Positions 25,701 to 38,764 of a stretch of DNA of 64,000 nt are shown here, in pieces. Below the pieces are notes generated by a model, which searched no databases, had not been told where the DNA came from, and saw only the letters and a program-made list of their open reading frames with translations. The stretch's first letter is position 1. Every line of letters starts with the position of its first letter. The stretch is from Squalus acanthias (taxonomy: Eukaryota), in the NCBI GenBank assembly GCA_030390025.1, contig JASTWF010000036.1, positions 248,001 through 312,000 of the forward strand, in the 5' to 3' direction. A program made the translations under genes and the position numbers.

Positions 25701-27659
25701 CCAGCCCCCTACAACCCTCCCTATCTCTGTAACCTCCTCCAGCCCCCTTCAACCCTCCCTATCTCTGTAACTTCCTCCAGCCCCCTACAACCCTTCCCCA
25801 TCTCTGTAACCTCCTCCAGCACACTACAACCCTCCCTATCTCTGTAACCTCCTCCAGCCCCTACAACCCTCCCTATCTCTGTAACCTCCTCCAGCCCCCT
25901 ACAACCCTCCTTAAAACCTCTCTCTTTGCCCGAGCTTTTGGTCACCTGCCCTAATATCTCCTTATGTGGCTCGGTGTCAGATTTACGCTCCTGTGAAGCG
26001 CCCTTGGGGCGTTTTACTACGTTAAAGGCGTTGTCTAAATGGGAGTTGCTGCTGTCTCTCTGAAAGATTCTCATTTCCCTTCCGCCGCATGTCTTTTCTC
26101 AGCGCCCTCTTAAGTTTTCTTCTTCAAAAATAATTTATCCACGTCCCTTTTTTGAAAAGCTAGCATGGAATTTTCCTGCCGCCAGCTGTTTCTGGTTCTG
26201 AACTTTCACGAAGATGTTGAGTTCGGGACACTGTCAATCTGCTGCTCTCAAACCTCTTGTACTGGAAATTTATGAATGAGTCATGCAACCCACGCCTGGC
26301 GCACACACACACATTCATAAATGTGATTGAGGTCAACGACCTCTTGGTGATTTACGGCTGAATGCAGTGCAAGATAATGAAAGCAGAACAGGATTAAACG
26401 CAGGCTGACATGGATCTGGCAGCTCTGGTCCAATTGAAGCACGCTTCCTTCAGGTATCAACAGTGCCGCAGGTGTCGTGCCATGTCTCAGCGCGGGCATC
26501 ACTCTCGCCTCCGAGGTGGAAGGTTGTGGGTTCGAGTCCCACTGCAGAGACTTGAGCGCAAAGGGTAGGCCGACAATCCCCGAGCCCGTGCCGAGGGAGC
26601 GCCGCACCGTCAGAGGGGCAGTGCTGAGGGAGCGCCGCACTGTCGGAGGGGCAGTGCCGAGGGAGCGCCGCACTGTCGGAGGGGCAGTGCCGAGGCAGCG
26701 CCGCACTGTCGGAGGGGCAGTACTGAGGGAGCGCCGCAATGTCGGAGGGGCAGTACTGAGGGAGCGTCGCAATGTCGGAGGGTCGGTACTGAGGGAGCGC
26801 CGCAATGTCGGTGGGGCGGTACCGAGGGAGCGCCGCGCTGTCGGAGGGGCGGTGCCGAGGGAGCGCCGCGCCGAGGGAGCACCGCACTGTCGGAGGGGCG
26901 GTGCCGAGGGAGCGCCGCACTGTCGGAGGGGCAGTGCCGAGAGAGCGCCGCACTGTCGGAAGGGCCGTCTTTCGGACGAGACGTTAAACCGAGACCCCGT
27001 CTGCTCTCTCGGGTGGACGTAAAAGATCCCACGGCCACTATTTCAAAGAAGAGCAGGGAGGCATTCCCCCCCAGTATCCTGGGGCCAATATTTATCCCTC
27101 AACCAAAAATCACACAAATTAAAAAAAGAGATTTTCTGATCATTGTCACATCAGTGTTTGTGGGAGCTTGCAAATTGGCTGCCGCGTTTCCTACATTACA
27201 ACAGTGACCACACTTCAAAAAAAAGTACTTCATTGGCTGTGAAGCGCTTTGGGACGTCCTGAGGGGGTGAATGGCGCCGGAGGAAATGCGATTTCATGCT
27301 TTACACAATCAAATTTTTCCCCAAAGGTTCCAAAAAAAAATCCTAAGAGTATTAATTTCTGTTTACAGTGCACCTGTTCAGCCCTCCGACGGGATTTAAA
27401 ATTGCTGAAGCCAGTGGAAATGAAGGATCGTATTCTGTACCTCTGAACAGAAGCAGCGCTGTGACTGCAGGCTGGATTCCACCCTGGGCACAGGGCATCT
27501 GACGGGGCGGAACTTAAATCCAGTAATTAAACCGAAGCAAGCCTTCAAACTGGGCGCAGGACAGGAGAGACACAGCAGCAGCAGCAAGCAGGCCGTGCAT
27601 TTGCACGGAGGGCTTTCAACGCTGCAAAAACCTCCCAAGACAGCCTCACAGGAGCGTTA

Positions 27660-28660
27660 TTCTTGTGCAGGTTGGGCCTGTACTCTCTGGGGTTTAGAAG
27701 GACGAGAGGTGATCACATTAACGAAGGTTCACTAGATTGATTCCTGGGATGGGGGGGGATCGTCCTATGAGGAGAGATTGAGTAGACTAGGCCTATATTC
27801 TCAGGGGTTTAGAAGAATGAGAGGTGATCTCATTGAAACGTATAAGATTCTGAGGGGGATTGACAAGGTAGATGCTGAGAGGCTGTTTCCCCCCTGGCTG
27901 GAACATCTAGAACCAGGGAGTCACAGTCTCAGGATAAGGGGGTGATTTAGGACTGAGATGAGGAGGAATTTCTTCACTCAGAGGGTGGTGAATCTTTGGA
28001 ATTTTCTACCCCAGAGGGCTGTGGAGGCTCAGTCATTGAGTATATTCAAGGCTGAGATCGATAGATTTTTGGGCTCTCGGGAAACCAAGGGATATGGGGA
28101 CAGGACGGGAAACATAGAAGATAGGAGCAGGAGTAGGCCATTCGGCCCCTCGAGCCTGCTCCGCCATTCGTTGAGATCATGGCTGATCATCCAAATTCAG
28201 TACCCTGTCCCTGCTTTCTCCCCATATCCCTTGATCCCTTTAGCTTTAAGAAATATATCCAACTCCTTTTTGAATATATTTAATGACTTGGCCTCTACTG
28301 CCTTCTGTGGTAGAGAATTCCACAGGTTCACCACTCTCTGGGTGAAGAAATTCTTCCTCATTTCTGTCCTGAATGGCTTACCCCTTATCCTTAGACTGTG
28401 ACCCCTGGTTCTGGACTCTCCCCCCCCCCCCCCCCCCCATCGGGAACATCCTTCCTGCATCTCGTCTGTCTAGTCCTGTTAGAATTTTATAAGTTTCAAT
28501 GAGATCCCCTCTCATTCTTCTAAACGCCAGCGAGTTTAAGCCCAATCGACCCAATCTCTCCTCATATGGAGATGAGGTAGAAGATCAGCCATGATCTTAT
28601 TGAATGGCGGAGCAGGCTCGAGGGGGCCGTATGGCCGACTCCTGCTCCTATTTCTTACGT
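27660..28660. mobile_element. CR1 3' fragment (plus) interrupted by a minus-strand CR1 (about 28110-28566)
   Basis: MRRNFFTQRVVNLWN-type motifs on both strands; host tail resumes at about 28570. Confidence 0.85.
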
Positions 28661-29087
28661 TCCTAGCAGACAACAATCTGACCCCGAGCCACATAAAGGA
28701 GATATTAGGGACAGGTGACCAAAAGCTTGGTCGAAGAGGGAGGTTTTAAGGAGCGTCTTAAAAGGAGAGAGAGAGGCAGAGAGGTTTAGGGAGGGATTTC
28801 CAGGGCTTGGGGCCCAGGCGGCTGAAGGCACGGCCGCCAATGGTGGAGCGATGGAAATCGGAGGGGGGGGGGGGGGGGGGAAATGCGCAAGAGGCCAGAA
28901 TTGGAGGAGGGCGGAGAACACGGAGGCGACGCCTAAAGGTGCTATATAAATGCAAGCCGTCATTCTTGTTAACTTTGTCTGGAACTACGAACAAATCGAT
29001 GTAATTCACAGGAGGTTTAAAAAAAAGAGAAAGATTCGCATTTCTCCAGCGCCTTTCACCACCTCAGGATGTCACAAAGCACTTCTC

Positions 29088-29366
29088 AACCGGTCACATT
29101 AACACCTCCTCTTGCCTTGATTATCTCTTAATGTCTCTCGATGTCTCTTAATCTCTCCTTTTGTTCTTTCATCCCCTCCCCCTTTTCCCAGCTTTATCCT
29201 TGCTTTAAATCTATTTCATTTCCTGCTTTTTTCCAGTTCTGACGAAAAGGTCTTCGACCTGAAACGTTAACTCTGTTTCTCTCTCCACGGATGCTGCCTG
29301 GCCTGCTGAGTTTTTCCAGCGTTTTCTGTTGTTATTTCGGATTTCCAGCATCCGCAGTATTTTGCT
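29088..29366 (+). mobile_element. Penelope-like terminal fragment (family B) within a Deu-SINE remnant
   Basis: Pyrimidine-rich leader, hammerhead motif, tail gatgctgcctggcctgctgag...gcagtattttgct shared with 31221-31391. Confidence 0.65.
29235..29272 (+). ncRNA. Minimal hammerhead ribozyme motif (family B)
   Basis: AGTT CTGACGA aa AGGTC ttc GACCT GAAA CG TT AACT. Confidence 0.72.
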
Positions 29367-29751
29367 AAAGTACTTCTGAAATGTAGTCACTGTTGTAATG
29401 CAGTAAACGCGGCAGCCAATTTGTGCACAGCAAGCTCCCACAGACAGCAGTGTGATAATGACCAGATTTATTTATTTTTTATAAAAAGGGTGATGTTGTT
29501 TGAGGGATAAACATTGGCCCCAGGACACCGGGGAGAACTCCCCCTCCCCCCCCGGCTTTTCTTGGCAATCGTGGTCCATGGGGTTCATTTACATCCACCC
29601 GAGGGAGCAGACGGGGGGGGGGGGGGGGCCTCGGTTTAGCGTCTCATCCGGTTTAAATTAAGAGCCGTGATTTTAGATTAAAAACTATACATAGATAATT
29701 AAGTGATATTCCAAACTTGAAAACCTAACTAGCTCAATAAAATACAATCGA

Positions 29752-30400
29752 GATGGCAGGGCAGGTGATGTGTTGCAGCTGTAGAATGTGGAAGCTGGTG
29801 GACACCAGTCTGATCCACAGCGACCGCATCTGCAGTAAGTGGCTGCAGCTCGAGGAACTTCGGCTCAGAGTTGATGAGCTGGAGTCCGAGCTTCGGACAC
29901 TGCGATACATCAGGGAGGGGGAGAGTTACCTGGACACGAAGGTTCACGAGATTGATTCCTGGGATGGCGGGACTGTCGTACGAGAAGAGATTGAGTAAAC
30001 TAGGCCTGTATTCTCTTGAATTCAGAAGAATGAGAGGGGATCTCATTGAAGCATACAAAATTATTACAGGGCTTGATAGGGTGGATGCTGGGAGAATGTT
30101 TCCCTTGGCTGGGGAGTCTAGAACAAGGGGCCACAGTCTCAGGATAAAGGGTAGGCCATTCAGGACTGAGATGAGAAGAAATTTCTTCACACAGAGGGTG
30201 GTGAATCTTTGGAATTCTCTACCTCAGAGGGCTGTGGAGGCTCAATCAGTGGGTCTATTCAAAACAGAAGTTGATAGATTTCTGACTAGTAAGGGCATCA
30301 AGGGATATGGCGATAGGGCCGGTGAATGGAGTTGAGGCAGAAGATCAGCCATTGAATGGTGGAGCAGGCTCGAAGGGCCGACTGCTGCTCCTATTTCTTA
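29752..30400 (+). mobile_element. CR1 ORF1-like N-terminus abutting a CR1 ORF2 3' end
   Basis: MAGQVMCCSCRMW...CSKWLQLEELRLRVDELESEL (Cys motif plus coiled coil), then RRFTRLIPG from about 29937. Confidence 0.75.
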
Positions 30401-30467
30401 TGGAAGGCGAAAAATACATACACACAGGGACCCACCATTCCTTGCCAGAGTTACAGCTAGAGAAGAA

Positions 30468-30472
30468 ACACA

Positions 30473-30510
<38 letters not shown>
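30468..30510. repeat. (CA)n microsatellite
   Basis: Direct read. Confidence 0.95.
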
Positions 30511-30514
<4 letters not shown>

Positions 30515-30649
30515 TCAGAAGCTGTCGTAACAAAAGAAACACAATGGACTGCTCGGAGCCATTAGCTGGATAATGCAGCAGTTTAAACGGCCGTTTAGCT
30601 CAGACTCTCGGGGACCCTGCAGGCAGACAAGCAAGCAAAGCCACAATTA

Positions 30650-30967
<318 letters not shown>

Positions 30968-31220
30968 TCAAGCGTGTCTCTCTGTCTGTGCGTGTCTCTC
31001 CCTCCCTCCCTCTGCCCGTCTCTCCCTCCCTCCCTCGCTCGCTCCCGCCCATCCCTCCATCCCTCGCTCCCTCCGTCAGTCAGTTACCAAATATGAAATG
31101 AATAAAACCCAGATTATTGATTCAAACTTCGCCACAGGACATAAATGGGAATTCGTGAATGAAAAACTGGATAAGTGTATGGAATAACAACTTGTAGGGC
31201 AGACCAGAAATATAAGATAG

Positions 31221-31391
31221 CAAAATACTGCGGATGCTGGAAATCTGAAATAACAACAGAAAACGCTGGAAAAACTCAGCAGGCCAGTTCTGACGAAAGG
31301 TCATCGACCTGAAACGTTAACTCTCTTTCTCTCTCCACGGATGCTGCCTGGCCTGCTGAGTTTTTCCAGCGTTTTCTGTTGTTATTTCAGA
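31221..31391. mobile_element. Penelope-like inverted-terminus insertion (family B)
   Basis: Reverse-oriented terminus followed by a forward hammerhead-bearing copy; flanking direct repeat cagaaatataagatag. Confidence 0.72.
31286..31322 (+). ncRNA. Minimal hammerhead ribozyme motif (family B)
   Basis: AGTT CTGACGA a AGGTC atc GACCT GAAA CG TT AACT. Confidence 0.78.
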
Positions 31392-32029
31392 AATATAAGA
31401 TAGTCGCTAATAAATCCAATCGGGAATTCAGGAGAAACTTCTTTACCCAGAGAGTGGTGAGAATGTGGAACTCGCTACCACAGGGAGTGGTTGAGGTGAA
31501 TAGCACAGATGCATTTAAGGGGGAAGCTGGATAAACACATGAGGGAGAAAGGAATAGAATGATAGGGTGATGGGGGTGAGATGAAGTAGGGGTGGGAGGA
31601 GGCTCGTGTGGAGCATAAACACCGGCACGGACCAGTTGGGCCAAATGGCCTATTACTGTGTGTACTATATAATAGCTTTATACGCTTCAACGAAATCACC
31701 TCTCATTCTTCTAAACTCCAGAGAGTATAGGCCCATTCTACTCAATCTCTCCTCGTAGGACAATCCCTCTCATCCCAGGAATCAATCTCTCTGCGGAGTC
31801 CATTCGACAGCTACCGCCTCTTATCGAAGCCGACAGCACAGGAGGAGGCCATTCAGCCCATCGTGCCTGCGCCGGCTCTTTGAAAGAGCTCTCCAATTTA
31901 ATCCTGCTCTGACGTGGAGGGGGAAAACTTGGGAGGTGATAGTCCAAGGTCCTTGGTTTGGGGGGTGTGGGGGAAAAAGGGGGGGCAAAAAATCGATCAC
32001 CTGAGTCATAGCTCATGATCAGCGCCATG

Positions 32030-32930
32030 GCAACAGGAGGAGGCCATGTAGCCCCTCGAGCCTGTTCCCCCATTCGATGAGATCACGGCTGATCTGTGAC
32101 CTAACTCCATCTACCCGCCTTTGCCCCGAATCCCTTAATACCCTTTGGTTAACAGAAATCTAACAATCTCAGATTTAAAATTAATTGACCCCCAGCATCA
32201 ATTGCCGTTTGCGGAAGAGAGTTCCAAACTTCTACCAACCCTTTGTGTGTAGAAGTGTTTCCTAATTTCACTCCTGAAAGGTCTGGCTCTAATTTTTAGA
32301 CTCTGCCCCCTAGTCCAAGACTCCCTAACCAGCGGAAATAGTTTCTCTCTCTCTACCCCATCAGTTCCCCTTAATATCCTGAAAACTTCGATCAGATCAC
32401 CCCTTAACCTTCTAAATTCTGGGGAATACAACCCTAATTTGTGTAATCTCTCCTCGTAACTTAACCCCTGGAGTCCGGGTATCGTTCTGGTAAACCTACA
32501 CAGCACTCCCTCCAAGGCCAATATATCCTTCCTAAGGTGTGGTGCCCAGAACTGCTCACAGTGCTCCAGGTGTGGTCTAACCAGGGCTTTGTATAGCTGC
32601 AGCATAACTTCTACCCCCTTGTATTCTAGTCCTCCAGACTAACGTTATAGTACAATGTTACATTACAACAGTGACTACACTGCGAAAGTACCTCTGTAAA
32701 GTGCTTTGGAACGTCCGGTGGTCATGAAAGGCGCTATGTAAATGCAAGTCTTTCTATATAGATAGATAGAAAGGCCAGCATTCCGTTTGCCTTTTTGATT
32801 ATTTTCTGTACCTGTTCATGATATTTTAATGACCTATGTACCTGGGCCCCCAAGTCTCTTTGGACCTCCACTGTTTTTAAGCCTTTCACCATTTAGAAAG
32901 TAACCTGTTCTATCCTTTTTCAGGTCCAAA
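32030..32930 (-). mobile_element. CR1 3' fragment with a small SINE-tail insert
   Basis: ORF 32198..32605; same family as 47430-47990. Confidence 0.85.
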
Positions 32931-33280
32931 CCTCACGTTTGCCTGCACTTAATCCACTTGCCGCAGTTTTTCAGGTCCGCACGCCAGTAAGGGCAACTTC
33001 GGCAGGTCGCAAGGAAAGGTGATCAACTGCCTGGGGGGGGGGGGGGGGGGGGGAACCATACCTTGAGATAAGTCAACGCATTTGAAGCTAGGTCAGATGA
33101 GGCGAGCGAGAAAAGTAGAGACAAAAAAAACCAGATGGCTTTTTGGTTAAACCCCACCCCCACCGCCCTCGATCAATCGTAAGTTTACCACATTCAACCG
33201 CCTCGGAACCGGTCGCGGTAGAGGCTGCCACCTTCTCCGTAGATGGAAGAATAAAGCACCCCCATCATAAACATAGAATC

Positions 33281-34100
33281 ATAGAAGATAGGAGCAGGAG
33301 TAGGCCATTCGGCCCCTCGAGCCGGCTCCGCCATTCGATGAGATCATGGCTGATCATCCAAACTCAGTACCCTGTCCCTGCTTTCACCCATATCCCTTGA
33401 TACCTTTAGCCGTAAGAAAAATATCTAACTCATTCTTGAATATATTTAATGAATTGGCCTCAACTACCTTCTGTGGTAGAGAATTCCACAGGTTCACCAC
33501 TCTCTGGGTGAAGAAATTCCTCCTCATTTCTGTCCTAAATGGCTTACCCCTTATCCTTAGATTATGACCCCTGGTTCTGGACTCTCCGACCATCGGGAAC
33601 ATTCTTCCTGCATCTAGTTTGTCTAGTCCTGTCAGAATTTTATATGTTTCGATGAGATCCCCTCTCATTCTTCTAAACTCCAGCGAGTATAAGCCCAATC
33701 GACCCAATCTCTCCTCATACGTCATTCCTGCCATCCCAGGTATCAGCCTGGTGAATCTTAGCTGAACTCCTTCCATGGCAAGAACATCCTTCCTCAGATA
33801 AGGCGACCAAAACTGCACACAGTACTCAAGGTGTGGTCTCACCAAGGCCCTGTACAACTGCAGCAGGACATCCCTGTTCCTATACTCAAACCCTTTCGCT
33901 ACGAAGGCCAACATACCATTTACCTTCTTCACCGCCTGCTGCACCTGCATGCTTATCTTCAGCGACTGGTGCACAAGGACACCCAGGTCTCATTGCACTT
34001 CCCCTTCTCCCAATCTATTGCCATTCAGATAATAGTCTGCCTTTCTGTTTTTGACACCAAAGTGGATAACCTCGCATTTATCCACGTTATATTGCATCAT
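33281..34100 (-). mobile_element. Young CR1 3' fragment
   Basis: 196-aa open RT C-terminus plus tail. Confidence 0.92.
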
Positions 34101-34239
34101 GCGACTGTGGAGCTCCTGATCAGACCCTGGAGCACATCATTGAGCACTGCCCTCAGAGGAAATTCGCAGGCAGCCCACAAGATATCCACGCTCTCACACC
34201 GGAAGCTTTGGCCTGGATATCTGACTTAGATATTGACAT

Positions 34240-35565
34240 ACAGCAAAGGTTATGCTTGAACTGCATAAAACACTGGTTAGGCTGCAGCTAGAGTACCGCG
34301 TACAGTTCTGGTCACCACATTACAGGAAGGATGTGATCGCACCAGAGAGGGTGCGGAGGAGATTTACCAGGATGTTGCCAGGACTGTAGAGTTTTAGCTA
34401 TGAGGAAAGATTGGACAGGCTGGGGTTGTTCTCTTTGCAACAGAGGAGGCTGAGGGGGAGATTTAATTGAGGTGTATAAAATTATGAGGGGCCTCGATAG
34501 AGTGGAAAGGAAGGACCTATTTGCCTCAGCAGAGAGGTCAATAACCAGGGGGCATAGATTTCAACTAATTGGTAGAAGGATTAGAGGGGAGTGGAGGAGA
34601 ACTTTTTTCACCCAGAGGGTGGTGGGGGTCTGGAACTCACTGCCTGAAAGGTTGTTAGAGGCAGAAACCCTCATCGCATTTAAAAAAGTACTTGGATATG
34701 CATTTGGCAGGAAGAATAAAAAAGCATATTATCTGAATGGTGAGAGATTGCAGAGCTCGGAGATGCAGAGGGATCTGGGTGTGCTCGTGCATGAATCGCA
34801 AAAGGTTAGCATGCAGGTACAGCAAGTAATTAGGAAAGCTAATAGAATGTTATAATTTATTCCGAGGGGAATTGAATACCAAAGTAGGGAGGTTATGCTT
34901 CAGTTATACAGAGCACTGGAGTACTGTGTACAGTATTGGTCTCCTTATTTAAGGAAGGATGTAAATGCATTGGAAGCAGTTCAGAGAAGGTTTACAAGAT
35001 TAATACCTGGAATGGGCGGGTTGTCTTACGAGGAAAGGTTGGACAGGCTAGGCTTGTATCCGCTGGAGTTTAGAAGAGTAAGAGGTGACTTGATTGAAAC
35101 ATATAAGATCCTGAGGTTGTCTGGACAGGGTGGATGTGGAGAGGACGTTTCCTCTTGTGGGAGAATCTAGAACTAGGGGGTCACTGTTTAAAAATAAGGG
35201 GTCACCCATTTAAGACAGAGATGAGGAGGATTTTTTTCTCAGAGGGTTGAGTGTCTTTTGGAACTCTCTTCCTCAGAGGGCGGTGGAAGCAGAGTCTTTG
35301 AATATTTTTAAGGCAGAGGTAGATAGATTCTTGATAAGCAAGGGGGTGAAAGGTTATCGGGGGTAGGCAGGAATGTGGAGTAATTGGATCAGCCGTGATC
35401 TTATTGAATAACGGAGCAGGCTCGAGGGGCCTACTCGTGCTCCTAATTCGTATGTTGAAGTGCCGTAACCTACAGGGCTACGTACCAAGAGCTGGATAGC
35501 GCTCTCTCAGCCGGCACAGACACGATGGTCCGAATGGCGGCCTTCTGCGCCGTAGATTTCTAATA
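34240..35565 (+). mobile_element. Nested CR1 fragments (about 34700-35457 inside another copy)
   Basis: Host tail resumes at about 35457 after the inner element's tail. Confidence 0.82.
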
Positions 35566-35682
35566 TGCTATGATGCGTGGGTTGTATTTAGGGGATTAGG
35601 TTTAAGTCCTGATGTGCATTAACTGCTGTGATGTTACCAGTGTTGACCAATTACATCAGCGTTGCAGATTTATACCACACAA

Positions 35683-36222
35683 TTTGGTCGCCTTATCTGA
35701 GGAAGGATGTTCTTGCCATGGAAGGAGTTCAGCTAAGATTCACCAGGCTGATACCTGGGATGGCAGGAATGACGTATGAGGAGAGATTGGGTCGATTGGG
35801 CTTATACTCGCTGGAGTTTAGAAGAATGAGAGGGGATCTCATCGAAACATATAAAATTCTGACAGGACTAGACAAACTAGATGCAGGAAGAATGTTCCCG
35901 ATGGTCGGAGAGTCCAGAACCAGGGGTCATAATCTAAGGATAAGGGGTAAGCCATTTAGGACTGAGATGAGGAGGAATTTCTTCACCCAGAGAGTGGTGA
36001 ACCTGTGGAATTCTCGACCACAGAAGGTAGTTGAGGCCAAGTCATTAAATATATTCAAGAATGAGTTAGATATATTTCTTAAAGCTAAAGGTATCAAGGG
36101 ATATGGGGAGAAGGCAGGGACAGGGTACTGAGTTTGGATGATCAGCCATGCTCTCATTGAATGGCGGAGCAGGCTCGAGGGGCCGAAAGGCCTACTCCTG
36201 CTCCTATCTTCTATGTTTCTAT
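35683..36222 (+). mobile_element. Young CR1 3' fragment
   Basis: Near-identical reverse complement of 33290-33810. Confidence 0.92.
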
Positions 36223-36497
36223 GTTTTATATCAAGATTGTTGATGGCTAATTTTCTTTGTTCGAAAGAATGATGCATACGGAACAGAATAACATTTTTAC
36301 AATAGTTCTATATATAATCCGTGTTTTAGAATACTTTTTGTTGAAAGTGGAGCAATTGGATAAAATGCGCACGTCTGCGCAATGCTGCCACCCCAGGAAG
36401 GCATTCATTGAATAGAAAAATTAGTCCTTTTTTTATTAATTCATAAAATATGGTAAGTTGAGCTTGGTTTAATAAAATGCACATTAATTGCAAATTC

Positions 36498-37050
36498 GTA
36501 GCGAAAGGGTTTGAGTATAGGAACAGGGATGTCCTGCTGCAGTTGTACAGGGCCTTGGTGAGACCACATCTTGAGTACTGTGTGCAGTTTTGGTCGCCTT
36601 ATCTGAGGAAGGATGTTCTTGCCATGGAAGGAGTTCAGTGAAGATTCACAAGGCTGATACCTGGGATGGCAGGAATGACATAGGAGGAGAGATTGGGTCG
36701 ATTGGGCTTATACTCGCTGGAGTTTAGAAGAATGAGAGGGGATCTCATCGAAACACATAACTAGGACTAGACAGACTAGATGCAGGAAGGATGTTCCCAA
36801 TGGCGGGGGAGTCCAGAACCAAGGGTCACAGTCTAAGGATAAGGGGTAAGCCAGTTAGGACGGAGATGAGGAGGAATTTCTTCACCCAGAGAGTGGTGAA
36901 CCTGTGGAATTCTAAAAGGATCAAGGGATATGGGGAGAAAGCAGGGACAGGGTACTGAGTTTGGATGATCAGCCATGATCTCATTGAATGGCGGAGCAGG
37001 CTCGAGGGGCTGAATGGCCTGCTCCTGCTCCTATCTTCTATGTTTCTATG
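36498..37050 (+). mobile_element. CR1 3' fragment of the same subfamily, with internal deletions
   Basis: Shares diagnostic wording with 33281-34100. Confidence 0.9.
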
Positions 37051-37198
37051 TAAATCTTCCAGATCAAAAGGTCTCAGAAGGGACGGGTTCTTAAGAGTTT
37101 GGACCAACGTTGCCGCCAATCGGCGCGGCGGTCTGGAGGTCCCGCTCATGTTTTTTGGTGCTACCACAAAAAGAAGACCACAATTCGTTAATACGTAC

Positions 37199-37421
37199 AA
37201 ACTGCCCTTGGATGATGGCGTGACGGTTTTTGCCTTCGTAATCCACCACCTCGATGTAGTCCAGGTAGGCATCGGCCCAGTACACCAGCTTGTTCACCAG
37301 GTCCAGGGCGAGCCCGTGGGGGAACACGATCTTGCTGTCCACCAGCTTGGTCCGGTTCTGGCCGTCCATGTCGCACCTCTCCACTTTGGGAATCTGCCCG
37401 TAGTCCGTGAAGAACACCTTC
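37199..37421 (-). CDS. LRP1: LRP1 coding exon (exon 8 equivalent)
   Basis: [36 protein letters not shown]...[29 protein letters not shown]; ttgcag acceptor, gtacgt donor; 223 nt; ends in phase 0. Confidence 0.97.
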
Positions 37422-37672
37422 CTGCAACGAATCAGACAAGAAGCGTGGGTAACTACAGGAGCGAAAAAGGAAAGAAGTTCAGCGGAAATTCCGCCCCCCC
37501 CGCAACACGGCTTTTGGAGGTGCCCCAGGGTGTATTCGCCGTCAACGAGTCGCTTTTCTGGAGTGTCGACATTGTTGTCACATAAGCAGAGGGGGGGCAG
37601 ATTTCTGCACAGCAAGGTTCCACAATCAGGAATGAGATAAAACAATGGGATCTTTGGATCATAAGAACATAT

Positions 37673-38763
37673 TGGGGCAGAAATTCACAGAATCACCACA
37701 GTGCAGATAGAGGCCATTTCGGCCCATCGAGCCTGCACCGACACATATCCCACCCTATCCCCGTAACCCCACGTATTTAATCCCCCCCAACACTAAGGGT
37801 CAATTTATCATAGCCAAATCAACCTAACCCGCACATCTTTGGACTGTGGGAGGAAACCGGAGCACCCGGAGGAAACCCACGCAGACACGGGGAGAATGTG
37901 CAAACTCCACACAGACAGTCACCCGAGGCCGGATTCGAACCCGGGTCCCTGGCGCTGTGAGGCAACAGTGCTAACCACTATGCCACCGTGTTACCCTAAA
38001 TTCGGCTGTTGTCGGGTGAGTACGCGCTGTGTACTCACCTGTGGACGGAACGAAAGTGCCGGTTTCTTGCGTGCACTGCGCATGCGCGGGAAACCGGCAC
38101 TTCCGTTCCCCTGAGGAAAGGGGTTCAGAGGTCGAACGCGCACGTCGGAGGGCCAGCGCATTCGCCTCGCACTTCGGGTTTTTTTTTTGTTTTTTTTTTT
38201 TTACAGGTTCCTCCGTGAAGGTAAGCACGGAGAAGATACACTTTTAAAAAGGATGCACAAGGCCTTCTTTTAACAAGGTAAGTGTTGATTTTTAAACATT
38301 TTTTTCCACAGATTTATCTTTTTTAATTACTTTAAAGAAAGGTAAGTTTAGTTTTAGCCCCGTTAAAAAATTTAATTAATTTTTCAAAAATTTTAATTTT
38401 TGTTTAAAAGAGTTAATTAATGTAATTTAGTTATTTTAAAAATGTGATGTTTTTTTATTAATTTATTTGTAGTTTTAGGGATGTTTTGGGGCCAATCTCT
38501 GTTCATAAATTTGATAGGTCTTCCTGTCAAATCTATGAATGAAAGATGCTCTGCTGCCATTGGCTCCCCATGGCCCACGTGATCCCAGGGGACGCATCGC
38601 ACTAACTACGCCCCTGGGATACGCAAGCACTGCGCGCCGGCAGCTGCAGGAGGCCCAGGAGCTGAAGTCCCCGTGGGCCCAGAGGTCAACGGCAGGCGCG
38701 GTAGGTAGTTGCGCGCGCGATCCTTGCACCCGCGGGAAGCCAGGGAGCCGAATTTCTGGCCCA
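37673..38763. mobile_element. Non-autonomous TIR (MITE-like) element
   Basis: With the SINE removed, the left end tggggcagaaattcggct matches the reverse complement of the right end agccgaatttctggccca; AT-rich centre, CpG-rich ends. Confidence 0.65.
37687..37997 (-). mobile_element. HE1/V-type SINE
   Basis: Reverse complement of the same head and V-domain; direct repeat aaattc at 37681-37686 and 37998-38003. Confidence 0.87.
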
Positions 38764-38764
38764 A

